From NCBI GenBank assembly GCA_016181305.1, contig JACOZN010000021.1:1-30203 (forward strand): 30,203 nucleotides of DNA, read 5' to 3'. This document shows positions 1-8,650 of the stretch, one piece after another. The notes below the pieces were generated by a model, which worked only from the letters and a program-made list of their open reading frames with translations, was not told the DNA's origin and did not search any database. The position numbers and the translations under genes are program-made. The first letter of the stretch is position 1. Each line of letters begins with the position of its first letter. Origin of the DNA: Candidatus Woesearchaeota archaeon. Lineage in GTDB: Archaea > Nanobdellota > Nanobdellia > Woesearchaeales > GW2011-AR4.

Positions 1-13
1 ATTAATTTAAAAA

Positions 14-702
14 ATGATTGATATAAAATTAGCTTCCTTGGCATTTTCAGCAGGGTTAATTTCATTTTTGAATCCATGCGGATTTGCATTATTGCCAGTT
101 TATATAACGTATTATTTTAAAAACGAAGGCTTGGAAAAAAGCACCTTGCTTAGAAGAATATTTGCAGGCTTGCTATTTGGTTTGATGGTAAGTCTCGGCT
201 TTGCTGCAACATTTTTACTAATAGGTGCAATAGTCAGCTATATTGGAAGAGGCCTTTTGAAATATGTTGGCTGGTTCGACTTCTTTATAGGGATTTTATT
301 GGTCATTATTGGAATTTTTTATTTATTTAATTTAAATGCAAGAATCAATCTAAACATATTGACAAATTTTGGAGAAAAGCTTAAATCAAATAAGCTAAAA
401 AACAAATACGCTTCCTTCTTTTTATATGGCATGGGATTTGCAATAGCCTCTCTATTACAGCAGCGGCAAAGGCTGGCGGTATTTTAAATGGACTTGCAGT
501 ATTCCTAATCTACGCAACAGGTATGAGCTTTTTCATGATTTTTTTTTCACTGGCAGTAGCCCTTTCAAAGACAGCTATGGAAAAATTATTGAAAAGATGG
601 ATGCCTTATCTTTACAAGCTTGGCTCGATTATTGTAATACTTGCAGGCGCTTATTTGATTTATAACCAAGTAGTGCTTGGGAGATTGTTTGTTTATACAT
701 AA
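14..702 (+). pseudogene. ccdA: CcdA/DsbD-type transmembrane disulfide reductase, frameshifted near 453 with apparent internal deletion
   Basis: The N-terminal part has FSAGLISFLNPCGFALLP (first catalytic PC motif). After GFAIASL the frame runs off (stop at 487). Frame 454..702 encodes the expected hydrophobic C-terminal half (ITAAAKAGGILNGLAVFLIYATGMSFFMIFFSLAVALSK...LFVYT*). The second catalytic Cys segment is absent from both frames. Could be an assembly error. Confidence 0.75.
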
Positions 703-837
703 TTTGAAGAAAAACCTCAAATAATCCCCTATGAACGGAAATAAACCATTTTAAGCCTTTTTTTGCTTAACAAAGCTTTTTAAATAACATGGTTTTTCAA
801 ATAAAGTATATATAACAGGGTAGCAATTCATATAAAA

Positions 838-1968
838 ATGACACATCACGAAAATAATGACGATGCCTTTTTAGAGAAAGTCATAATGTTCTTAGTTATT
901 GTTGTAGGCGCAATCCTTGTCTTCAACCAGTTCCAGTTTGCAAGACTTTTGCCGAGCATTTTGCTCAATGCAGTTTCATTCATTCTGATTCTTGCGCTTA
1001 TCGGCTTGGTTGTATGGCTGTTTCTGAGCAAAGAGGAGCATGAAAAACATCATCCAGCGCATCATGGAGTTCATGCTGTTCATGAGCATGTTCAAAAAGA
1101 AAAAACGCCATTAACCTTTCATGAAAGGTTAAGCTATGGAATTGTTGCCTTTGTTGCTGTTCTGATTTTATTCAATCAATTTCAAATATCCCAAGTGAAT
1201 GCACTGGTAAGCGGTACAACATCATCTATAGGAAGCATTGTTAAATCAACTTCATCAGCTCCTGCAAGGCTTCTTGGCTCCGGCAAAGGCGGCATTGTAA
1301 TTGGCCCACAGCTTAACCCTGATGGAAGAACAACAAAGCTTGTTGAATGGACTACAATAAGCGAAACTCCTCCTCCAAAGAGCACTGGCAATCCTACACA
1401 AGATGCGATAGCAACAGTTGTACCTATAGGAACCCCATTTTATGTGTTAGAAGGTCCAGGTGCTGAAAATGTAAAAGGAGCTAGCTTTGACGACCCTTTA
1501 ACAAGCCAAAAAGTCTGGGCTTCATTGCTTGGCTCGAGAAGGTTTGGCACAGCAAATGCAATTCAATTAACTCCAGAAGAAGAGCAGAGATGGCAAAGGC
1601 TTACATCAGTCTTTACATGCGACTTTTGCTGTGGCGGGCCAAACAGCGTCACAACAATTAACAGATGTGGTTGCGCCCATAGCTATGCGTGGCAGGGCAT
1701 GGCAAAATTCTTCATAAAGTACTATCCTGATTACACAGACGAGCAAATACTGGGAGAAATGACCAAGTGGAAAGGGCTTTGGTATCCTCAAGGCATGATA
1801 CAGGATTATCTTGTTTACACAGGTCAGCAGCCTGCAACAATACTTACCCATGGAGGCTCAATTGGAATAAGGCAGCAATTTTTGCAGCAAGCATCAAGCA
1901 CCCAACAGCAAACCCATGCTCAAGTTACTCCATTAGATGAATTGCCCTCAATGGTAGGCGGCTGTTGA
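838..1968 (+). CDS. Membrane protein with His-rich linker, Cys-cluster domain (CDFCCGG...CGCAHS) and C-terminal LPSMVGGC tail
   Basis: 376-aa ORF with three N-terminal hydrophobic helices, a repeated FNQFQ motif, HEKHHPAHHGVHAVHEH and the Cys cluster. Function not recognised. Confidence 0.85.
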   Translation: MTHHENNDDAFLEKVIMFLVIVVGAILVFNQFQFARLLPSILLNAVSFILILALIGLVVWLFLSKEEHEKHHPAHHGVHAVHEHVQKEKTPLTFHERLSYGIVAFVAVLILFNQFQISQVNALVSGTTSSIGSIVKSTSSAPARLLGSGKGGIVIGPQLNPDGRTTKLVEWTTISETPPPKSTGNPTQDAIATVVPIGTPFYVLEGPGAENVKGASFDDPLTSQKVWASLLGSRRFGTANAIQLTPEEEQRWQRLTSVFTCDFCCGGPNSVTTINRCGCAHSYAWQGMAKFFIKYYPDYTDEQILGEMTKWKGLWYPQGMIQDYLVYTGQQPATILTHGGSIGIRQQFLQQASSTQQQTHAQVTPLDELPSMVGGC

Positions 1969-2239
1969 AATAAATGAAAATTAAATTCAGAATTATGCCA
2001 ATTAAAATCCAAATATTTAAATAAAAACCAACAACACAAGGAGGTTATAAAATGAACAGGAATGTTATAATTGTGGTGGTGCTTGTTGTTTTGGTGCTGC
2101 TCACCGCGGTCCAGGCAATACAGCTTAACAGCCTTAAGACAAGCATAGCAACAGGCAAAGTCAGTGTCGGAAGCGCTCCAGCACAAGGCTCCGGAAGCCT
2201 TCCGTCAAACTTGAATGACCTGCCCTCAATGGTAGGCGG
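1943..2239 (+). repeat. 19-bp identical direct repeat TGCCCTCAATGGTAGGCGG (1943-1961 and 2221-2239) encoding the shared LPSMVGG tail
   Basis: Read directly from the sequence; both copies are followed by TGT TGA (Cys-stop). Confidence 0.95.
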
Positions 2240-2246
2240 ATGTTGA
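2052..2246 (+). CDS. Small membrane-anchored protein ending in LNDLPSMVGGC
   Basis: 64 aa; SD GGAGG at about 2040-2044; one hydrophobic helix, a Ser/Gly-rich linker and the same tail as the upstream gene. Confidence 0.85.
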   Translation: MNRNVIIVVVLVVLVLLTAVQAIQLNSLKTSIATGKVSVGSAPAQGSGSLPSNLNDLPSMVGGC

Positions 2247-2268
2247 ACATTTTAACGGGTGGTAAAAA

Positions 2269-2481
2269 ATGAACATAAAAACAGCCATATTGGCAGTGTT
2301 AGTGGTTAGTGTTTTTTTGGTTGGCTGCAGCAAGCAGTATGACACAGCGGGCTATGCAACCTACAACCAGCAGGGGCAGCAGCAGGGGCAGTATGTCGGC
2401 GGCGGCTGCGGAGTATCTCCTAGCGGAGATTATGCAGACACGCCAATAGAAGCTTTGGGTTCAGAAGACTCTGCACTTTAA
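2269..2481 (+). CDS. Small predicted lipoprotein with Gln-rich linker and VGGGCG motif
   Basis: 70 aa; SD GGTGG upstream; lipobox-like VFLVGC; QQGQQQGQ followed by YVGGGCGV. Confidence 0.75.
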   Translation: MNIKTAILAVLVVSVFLVGCSKQYDTAGYATYNQQGQQQGQYVGGGCGVSPSGDYADTPIEALGSEDSAL

Positions 2482-2492
2482 CCTAAAGTAAA

Positions 2493-2957
2493 ATGGAGCT
2501 TACAAGAAGAGAGAAGCGCAAGCTTAGGCTGGAGAAGCTTAGGCAGCAAAGCTCAGAAGCCCAAAAAGAGCATGAGCAAAGGCTTGAGCAGCAGGCTGTA
2601 CAAGAGCAAAGCAAGCCGAGCAAATCAAAATATTACATCATAGCAGCCGTAATCGGCTTTGTTGTGCTTGCAACTGTTGCTTACTCTGCCTATTCAATCA
2701 ACAAGCCAGGCCCTTATAACGATTTTGCCAAGTGCCTCAGCGATAAAGGCGCTGTCATGTACGGCGCAATGGGCTGGTGCAAATACACACAGGCCCAAAA
2801 AGGAATGTTTGGCAAATCTTTCAAGTACATAAATTATCACGAATTTAATGACTTGCCCGGCATCAAGAAAACCCCAACATGGGTTATAAACGGCGCATGG
2901 CATGAGAATGTGCAGTCATTTGACAGGCTGTCGGCATTGACAGGCTGCAAGCTGTAA
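2493..2957 (+). CDS. Membrane-anchored thioredoxin/glutaredoxin-like protein with CxxT active site
   Basis: Charged N-terminus and one TM helix, then FAKCL..GAVMYGAMGWCKYTQAQKGMFG...TPTWVING...LTGC, resembling the VKOR-associated Trx-like domain. WCKYT replaces WCxxC. Confidence 0.75.
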   Translation: MELTRREKRKLRLEKLRQQSSEAQKEHEQRLEQQAVQEQSKPSKSKYYIIAAVIGFVVLATVAYSAYSINKPGPYNDFAKCLSDKGAVMYGAMGWCKYTQAQKGMFGKSFKYINYHEFNDLPGIKKTPTWVINGAWHENVQSFDRLSALTGCKL

Positions 2958-2971
2958 TGTTATGAGGTTTT

Positions 2972-4135
2972 ATGGATCCTGAAAAAAAAGAGGCAATGAA
3001 TTTTCTTAAAAAGCTTAAATTAGCTGACATTTTCATAGGATTGACTATTCTGCTTGGAATTATTCTTATAATAAACCTTATTTTAACATTAAACATAAAC
3101 AAGGACTTGAAAAAAGCTTCAGAAGCAGTTCAGGAAAAGCTGAAGCCTGCAAAAATAGAGCTTACATCAATAATAAACCCTAAATGCCCTGACTGCTTTG
3201 ACATATCGGCAGTAATAAGCGGCATAAAAGGCTCCAATGCCAACATAACAAAAGAATCAGTGCTTGAGTTTGATTCGGCAGAAGGCAGGAAAATCATAAA
3301 AAAGTATGGGCTTGAGAAAATACCTGCTATTGTCGTGACAGGCGAAATTGACAAAGTTAATGTAAATGGCTTGCGAAAGGCTCAAGACGCCTTGTTGCTT
3401 GCAGGGGCAGATGTTCCTTACACAAATGCGCTCACAGAAAAGATAGAAGGCAGGGTCACTTTATACCATTTGAAAGATGCCTCATGCGAAAAATGCAATG
3501 ATATGGGCTTTCTGGCAGGTCAGATAAAAAGGGCAGGAGTCAGTATCTACGAAGAAAAAATAATTGATGCAGGCAGCAATGAAGGCCAGGAAATAATAAG
3601 CAGGTATAAAATTGGCTTTGTTCCTTCCATTGTACTGTCAAAAGAAGCCTCTGCCTACCAGGTCATGCAGCAGGCATGGCCTCAGATAGGAAGCGTAGAA
3701 TCTGACGGCTCCCATGTTTTAAGAATGGTCAGCCCGCCTTACATCAACCTGACTACAGGAAAATTAAGAGGTCTTGTGGATATTACTTATTTAACAGATA
3801 AAAGATGCACAGAATGCTACAATGTAAGCCAGCATAAGCTTATACTCGCAAATCCGCAGGGGTTTGCCATGAAGCTTGATAAAGAAGAAAATTATGATGC
3901 AAGTGATGCAAAAGGAAAAGAGCTGATTGCAAAGTACAACATAACGCAAGTTCCGACAATAATATTGTCAAAAGAAATTGATGTTTATCCCTCAAGCACT
4001 GGTTTAAGGCAGTTTTTCTCTTTGGAAGAGGATGGCTCGTACGTATTTAGAAAGCTATCAGTTGTCGGGACTTACAAGGATTTGGCTAAAAACGAGATTG
4101 TACAGCCTCAGCAAATAGAGGAGCAAGGGCAATGA
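2972..4135 (+). CDS. Membrane-anchored protein with three tandem thioredoxin-like CxxC modules
   Basis: N-terminal TM helix; CPDC, CEKC and CTEC each followed about 40 aa later by a (K/R)Y(G/K/N)(L/I)xx(I/V)P cis-Pro-like motif. Confidence 0.75.
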   Translation: MDPEKKEAMNFLKKLKLADIFIGLTILLGIILIINLILTLNINKDLKKASEAVQEKLKPAKIELTSIINPKCPDCFDISAVISGIKGSNANITKESVLEFDSAEGRKIIKKYGLEKIPAIVVTGEIDKVNVNGLRKAQDALLLAGADVPYTNALTEKIEGRVTLYHLKDASCEKCNDMGFLAGQIKRAGVSIYEEKIIDAGSNEGQEIISRYKIGFVPSIVLSKEASAYQVMQQAWPQIGSVESDGSHVLRMVSPPYINLTTGKLRGLVDITYLTDKRCTECYNVSQHKLILANPQGFAMKLDKEENYDASDAKGKELIAKYNITQVPTIILSKEIDVYPSSTGLRQFFSLEEDGSYVFRKLSVVGTYKDLAKNEIVQPQQIEEQGQ

Positions 4136-4695
4136 GAAAAAAAGACTTGTTTTTGTATGCTGTGATTTTAGTCTTGACAGCCTTATTTCTGTGGCAGTGG
4201 CTTTCAAAAGGCGCTTTGATTCAGCAGCTTCATGAAATGCAGATGGATAATAACGATTTGCATTTGCTGAGCGGTATTGGGAATTTGCGCTCAACCCACA
4301 AGCACGCTGATGTAAAGGTCTACATAAACGGCAATTCAATTGACTTTTCCCAGAGGAAATACCAGCTTGCATCACGATTTATTCATTTTGAGGAAGGCAT
4401 TGGAGATGTTGTCCATGTCCATGCAACAGGCTTGACAATCGGGCATTTGCTTAAGTCGCTGAAAGGCAGCCTGAACAACAACTGCCTTGTTCTTGACGGG
4501 AATAATTACTGCAGCGATAACAGCGGCAAATTAAGGTTTTATGTCAACAACAAGCCAAACAGCGATTTTGGCAGTTATGTTTTCAAGGACTTGGATAAAA
4601 TGCTGATTTCTTACGGCGATGAAGACGATTCAGTGATACAAAAGCAGCTTGATTCTGTGACTAATCTGGCTGCGAGATATAGTGCAGAAGGCTGA
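4132..4695 (+). CDS. Membrane-anchored His-rich putative metal-binding protein
   Basis: N-terminal TM helix; THKHAD..., FIHFEEG...VHVHATG. Start overlaps the upstream stop (ATGA). Recalled similarity to archaeal domains linked to disulfide isomerases is unverified. Confidence 0.75.
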   Translation: MRKKDLFLYAVILVLTALFLWQWLSKGALIQQLHEMQMDNNDLHLLSGIGNLRSTHKHADVKVYINGNSIDFSQRKYQLASRFIHFEEGIGDVVHVHATGLTIGHLLKSLKGSLNNNCLVLDGNNYCSDNSGKLRFYVNNKPNSDFGSYVFKDLDKMLISYGDEDDSVIQKQLDSVTNLAARYSAEG

Positions 4696-4760
4696 TATTT
4701 TATTTGGCTGAAAAATAATTTTTATTGTGTTTCGTCGCCTAAATCACTAAATTCGAAACC

Positions 4761-4831
4761 TTTAAATACTCCCTATATAATGCAAAATATATTCTGAAAT
4801 AGATATGTCGGTAAATGCATAGCATTTCCGA
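4761..4831 (+). promoter_or_regulatory. TATA box (TTTAAATA, 4761-4768) followed by palindromic operator candidate TCGG(T)AAATGC-ATA-GCATTTCCGA (4808-4831)
   Basis: Seen in sequence, directly upstream of a wHTH regulator gene. Confidence 0.5.
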
Positions 4832-4875
4832 GCATTTTGAAAATCTATGATTTTCAACATATGGGGGTTGTATTG

Positions 4876-5145
4876 ATGGTTAACAAGGAGATTTTCAACG
4901 TTTTTTTCAGGGAAAAGCCCGCCATGATGCTGGTTGAGCTGAAAAACGCCAAAGGCGAGATTTATGCTTCTTCAATAGCAAAACAGGTTGACTGCACTTA
5001 TTCACATGTTGTCAAAATATTGCAGGAGATGCAGAAAGCAGGCTTGATTAACTTTGAGAAACAGGGCAGATTAAAGCTTCTTACATTGACAAAGACAGGG
5101 CAGGAAGTAGCCGACAAGATTGACGGGATAAGGACGATATTGTGA
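4876..5145 (+). CDS. Winged helix-turn-helix (MarR-like) transcriptional regulator
   Basis: YASSIAKQVDCTYSHVVKILQEMQKAGLINFEKQGRLKLLTLT is a typical wHTH. Start placed at ATG 4876, after GGGGT, rather than the TTG at 4837. Confidence 0.85.
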   Translation: MVNKEIFNVFFREKPAMMLVELKNAKGEIYASSIAKQVDCTYSHVVKILQEMQKAGLINFEKQGRLKLLTLTKTGQEVADKIDGIRTIL

Positions 5146-5178
5146 GTTATGTTCTAATTTCTATTACAATAATCACTG

Positions 5179-6000
5179 TTACCTTAAATAAAGTGGACTA
5201 TGATAATAAGGGACCCTCGGTAAATTAGTTTTTAATTTTTTATAGTTGCGATGAACTTTTTGCCTAAGCTTGGAATTCTGGGCAATTACTCCATTAGAAC
5301 AAGCATTTAATTCAGTAGAATTACTACCCTCAGTACTCCCGTTATTGTATGATTGGTGCGAATCATAAGCGTATCTGGGCCCAGTAGGGTAATGCCTATA
5401 TCTTTCATCTAGGATATTAAGATGGGTATTTGCTTTTTTTTCCCCCTCCCTAGCCCTTGCATTCTTAACAACTACATTTCTAAGAATCCATTGCAGCTCT
5501 TTTAAATAACCCTCTGCTTGACTATACAGCTGTAGAATAAATTTCTTCTGGCTATTCTTCCTTAGAAGAGGATTATCTTTTTGGATTTCTTCAACATCAT
5601 AGGCTTCAGCAAGTCGTCTAGCCCACCCATTTCTAATATGATTCCTGAGAATTTGGTATTGGTTACCAAGCCAAGATTCGATGTTTCTTGTCTTTCTTTT
5701 TCCAAAATAATCCTCAATAGAAGGTTTATATAGTGCCATATGGAGCATAGTATTTAGAGGGCGTGTCAAAGAAAGCTGAAGAAATCTCTCTAGCCCGATA
5801 TTTTTGATTATTTTAGGTATTTCTACTTCTCCTTGCTCATTCTTGTGGATTCCTTGAATTGTTTTATATAAACTTAAACCTATCTGTTTTAATGTCCCTT
5901 CCCAACGCATGCTTAATTCCTTAGATACTTTATCCTCAAGTGTGTCATCCTCGGAAGAATGGCTTTCGTCTATTTTTTTAGCTTCGGTTAAATTTTCCAT
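5179..6000 (-). CDS. Hypothetical protein (orphan-like, AT-richer than neighbours)
   Basis: 273-aa ATG ORF with SD-like AGGAG and TATA-like element upstream; no motif recognised. Confidence 0.7.
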   Translation of the reverse strand: MENLTEAKKIDESHSSEDDTLEDKVSKELSMRWEGTLKQIGLSLYKTIQGIHKNEQGEVEIPKIIKNIGLERFLQLSLTRPLNTMLHMALYKPSIEDYFGKRKTRNIESWLGNQYQILRNHIRNGWARRLAEAYDVEEIQKDNPLLRKNSQKKFILQLYSQAEGYLKELQWILRNVVVKNARAREGEKKANTHLNILDERYRHYPTGPRYAYDSHQSYNNGSTEGSNSTELNACSNGVIAQNSKLRQKVHRNYKKLKTNLPRVPYYHSPLYLR

Positions 6001-6088
6001 TATAGCTCCTAAAACATGTATTTACTTAATAATAGTAACAATTTATAAACCTTTTGGTTTGTTTATACTTCCCAGAATAAAAATATGG

Positions 6089-7510
6089 TTACCCAATCCT
6101 CTCTTCCATCGCATACTTCCCGAGAACTTCCTTTGCCTGCCCTATGAAATTTGCTTCTTTGTCTGTTGGAATAACAGCTCCAGCAGCATTCTGGTGCCCT
6201 CCGGATTCAGAATTGCCAATGCCATCAATGATCTCCTCAATAATGTTTTTCAAGTCCAGATTGCCGTTAAGGTTGTTTGTTGTCCTCAATGAAACTTTTG
6301 TGCTGCCGTCAATAGCTTGGGCCATTGAAAGTATAAAAACATTGTTTGTCATGACATTTGACTTTGACAATATAGAAGCCAAAGTGCCAATCATTGTTGA
6401 CATCACGTTCTGCTTAGCATTTATTATTACAAACTTATTGCCCCAGTAGATGTCATCAGTGAACTTGTTGTTATTGTACCAGTTCAAGGCATTGACAATC
6501 TCTTTTTTGTAGTCTCCCAAGCTTCTTATAGCCTGCTGCTTTGTTTTTTTGTCATTCAGGCAGGCTCCAATGCCGAATGAAGCCCTTCCAAGCCTGCCGC
6601 ATGCATTCAGCAATGTTGCAAACTCCTTTGCGTCCCTTGTAGGGCTTTCTTCCTCTTCATGAGGCAGTATGTAAACATTGCCAAGAACATCATCTGGGTT
6701 GGCTTCATTAAGCCTCTTCATTATTATGCCTGTGACAAGCTTTTTCATTTCATCTTCATCAAGATGCACGATCTTTTTCCAGCCGTTGCCGTTTTTCGGC
6801 TCAATGCCAATCTGATAAAGAAACTGGATTGCTCCTGATTCAGAGCCGGAAACTCCCGGAATGTAAGGGTCTGTGCAGTATTCAAGGGCCTTGTGCAGCG
6901 GCTTTGTCTGGGAGCCGAAAATCCGAAGCCCTTTTTTGACTTGGATTTTGCCCTTCTTCACAGCAATGTCCAGTATTTCCTGATTCAGCCTCAAAAACCC
7001 CTTCTGCTCCTGCAAATCCCCGATTGCTCCGATGATTGCAATATGCGCAAGCTCTTCCATAGCCTTGTCAACAGCGCACGCAAACCTAAAGACAACCCCT
7101 GCCCCTGAAATTTCCTTGCCGCCGTCAATGCCGCAAATGTGGGGGTTGACTAGAACAACTCCGTCAGTAGCGCTGTAGCCCTCTATGCTATGATGGTCCA
7201 AAACAAACACTTTCCTGCCGTTAAGAAGCTCTTTTATATCGCTAATCACTCCTGAGCCTATATCAGTGAAGATAAAGCATTTATAAGGCTCTGCAGCCAG
7301 TTGGCTTAAAACAGCCCTGTTAAGCTGCTGGACTATTGAAACAGAGTATTTCCTGTTTTCATTGTTGAGCAGCTTTATCATTATCGCGCATGCGCTTATG
7401 CCGTCAGCGTCAAGGTGGCTTATAACCCTTATAATTTCTTTCTTGTCAATCTGCCTGAAAGCCTCGGCGGCATTTCTCGCCTGCAATTCAAACTCCCCAT
7501 AGCAATCCAT
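6089..7510 (-). CDS. recJ: RecJ/GAN-like DHH-DHHA1 family phosphoesterase (single-stranded DNA exonuclease family)
   Basis: Motifs SHLDADG, FTDIG, LDHH and GGHQNAAG. ATG at 7510 is preceded by AAGGTG (track start 7519 is the GTG within that SD). Confidence 0.9.
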   Translation of the reverse strand: MDCYGEFELQARNAAEAFRQIDKKEIIRVISHLDADGISACAIMIKLLNNENRKYSVSIVQQLNRAVLSQLAAEPYKCFIFTDIGSGVISDIKELLNGRKVFVLDHHSIEGYSATDGVVLVNPHICGIDGGKEISGAGVVFRFACAVDKAMEELAHIAIIGAIGDLQEQKGFLRLNQEILDIAVKKGKIQVKKGLRIFGSQTKPLHKALEYCTDPYIPGVSGSESGAIQFLYQIGIEPKNGNGWKKIVHLDEDEMKKLVTGIIMKRLNEANPDDVLGNVYILPHEEEESPTRDAKEFATLLNACGRLGRASFGIGACLNDKKTKQQAIRSLGDYKKEIVNALNWYNNNKFTDDIYWGNKFVIINAKQNVMSTMIGTLASILSKSNVMTNNVFILSMAQAIDGSTKVSLRTTNNLNGNLDLKNIIEEIIDGIGNSESGGHQNAAGAVIPTDKEANFIGQAKEVLGKYAMEERIG

Positions 7511-7578
7511 CAAAAGCACCTTGTAAATTTGATTTCAATCTTTATTGATTTTTGGCAAGCCCTTGTTTTTATATCTTT

Positions 7579-8265
7579 TCATTCCCCAAATCTTCTCTCC
7601 CTTTTGTTGTACTCGGCAATGCACTTGACTAAGTCTTCTTTTGTAAACTCGGGCCACAGCTTTGGCACAAAAATCCACTCTGAATATACGCTCTGCCATG
7701 TCAAAAAATTGCTCGTCCTTATCTCTCCGCCAGGCCTTATAACCAATTCAGGCTCGCTTTTTAAGTAAAGGTTTTTTGCTATCATTTTTTCATCAATTTT
7801 TTTATTTTTTATTTTTTTGGCTGCCTTGTTGACAGCATCAGCAATCTCCTGCCTGCCACCATATGCCATCGCAAAATTAACTATGAGCCTGTTGCGCTTC
7901 TTTGTCTTTTGCATTACCTCCAGCATGGGCTTTCTCATGGAATCGGGGAACATGCCGAGCCTGCCGATGAAATTAAACCTTATGCCGTTTTTGAATATGC
8001 CTTTTCCGTCCTTGATCTTTTCAACCTCGTGCCTGAACAGGCTGAACAGGTAATTAACTTCTCTTTTTGCCCTTTTGAAGTTCTCTGTGGAGAAAGCGTA
8101 AAGAGTCAATTCCCTCACTCCAGTGTCCTGGCACCATTTGAATAGCTCCTCCAGCTTTTTCAAGCCAAACTCGTGCCCTTTCCACGGCTGCACGCCAATC
8201 TTTCCGGCATACCTCCTGTTGCCGTCCAGAATTATGGCTATGTGCCTTGGAGCTTTAGAAACCAT
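7579..8265 (-). CDS. uppS: Cis-prenyltransferase (undecaprenyl/polyprenyl diphosphate synthase)
   Basis: PRHIAIILDGNRR, LYAFSTENFKR, YGGRQEI, IRPGGEIRTSNFLTWQ. Confidence 0.95.
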   Translation of the reverse strand: MVSKAPRHIAIILDGNRRYAGKIGVQPWKGHEFGLKKLEELFKWCQDTGVRELTLYAFSTENFKRAKREVNYLFSLFRHEVEKIKDGKGIFKNGIRFNFIGRLGMFPDSMRKPMLEVMQKTKKRNRLIVNFAMAYGGRQEIADAVNKAAKKIKNKKIDEKMIAKNLYLKSEPELVIRPGGEIRTSNFLTWQSVYSEWIFVPKLWPEFTKEDLVKCIAEYNKRERRFGE

Positions 8266-8297
8266 GAAAACTGGGAACTTTGAGGGTTTAAATAAGT

Positions 8298-8549
8298 TTA
8301 TATTTTGCGGTTTGCATCAAACCTAACCAAGAACATCACACCCATTATAAAGCTTACAATCGAGTACGAAAAGGCAATTCCTGCCAAATAGTCATAGCCC
8401 CACATTGGCACAGGAGGCTGCGTAGCTATGTTAAATATGGCATTGCCTGTGACTTGCGAATGGCTGCCGTAATTTATGTCTATGATGGCGCCTGCAGCCA
8501 GCGAAATCAGGCTGCTTACAATTAAAACCACTCCAATCAGCTTCACCAT
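8298..8549 (-). CDS. Small two-helix membrane protein
   Basis: 83-aa ATG ORF with two hydrophobic segments. Confidence 0.7.
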   Translation of the reverse strand: MVKLIGVVLIVSSLISLAAGAIIDINYGSHSQVTGNAIFNIATQPPVPMWGYDYLAGIAFSYSIVSFIMGVMFLVRFDANRKI

Positions 8550-8650
8550 TTTTGTTAAAATATCAAAAGCGGGCGTCCTTCAACACTATGCAGCCAAAGG
8601 ACGCTCTAGTTTTATTTTTTAATTGTTTTTTATGTTGTAGCATCTTATAT

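Noticed and set aside
1940-1968. LPSMVG as a sortase LPxTG signal
   Set aside because: There is no downstream TM helix or basic tail, and the motif is at the extreme C-terminus.
1963-2255. Both MVGGC genes end Cys-TGA, which could be read as a TrxR-like GC-Sec tail
   Set aside because: No SECIS-like element or Sec machinery is visible, readthrough residues differ (NK vs TF), and TGA is a common stop codon in this window.
4735-4742. TCGCCTAA matching the half-site core
   Set aside because: An isolated 8-mer is expected about once by chance in a window this size.
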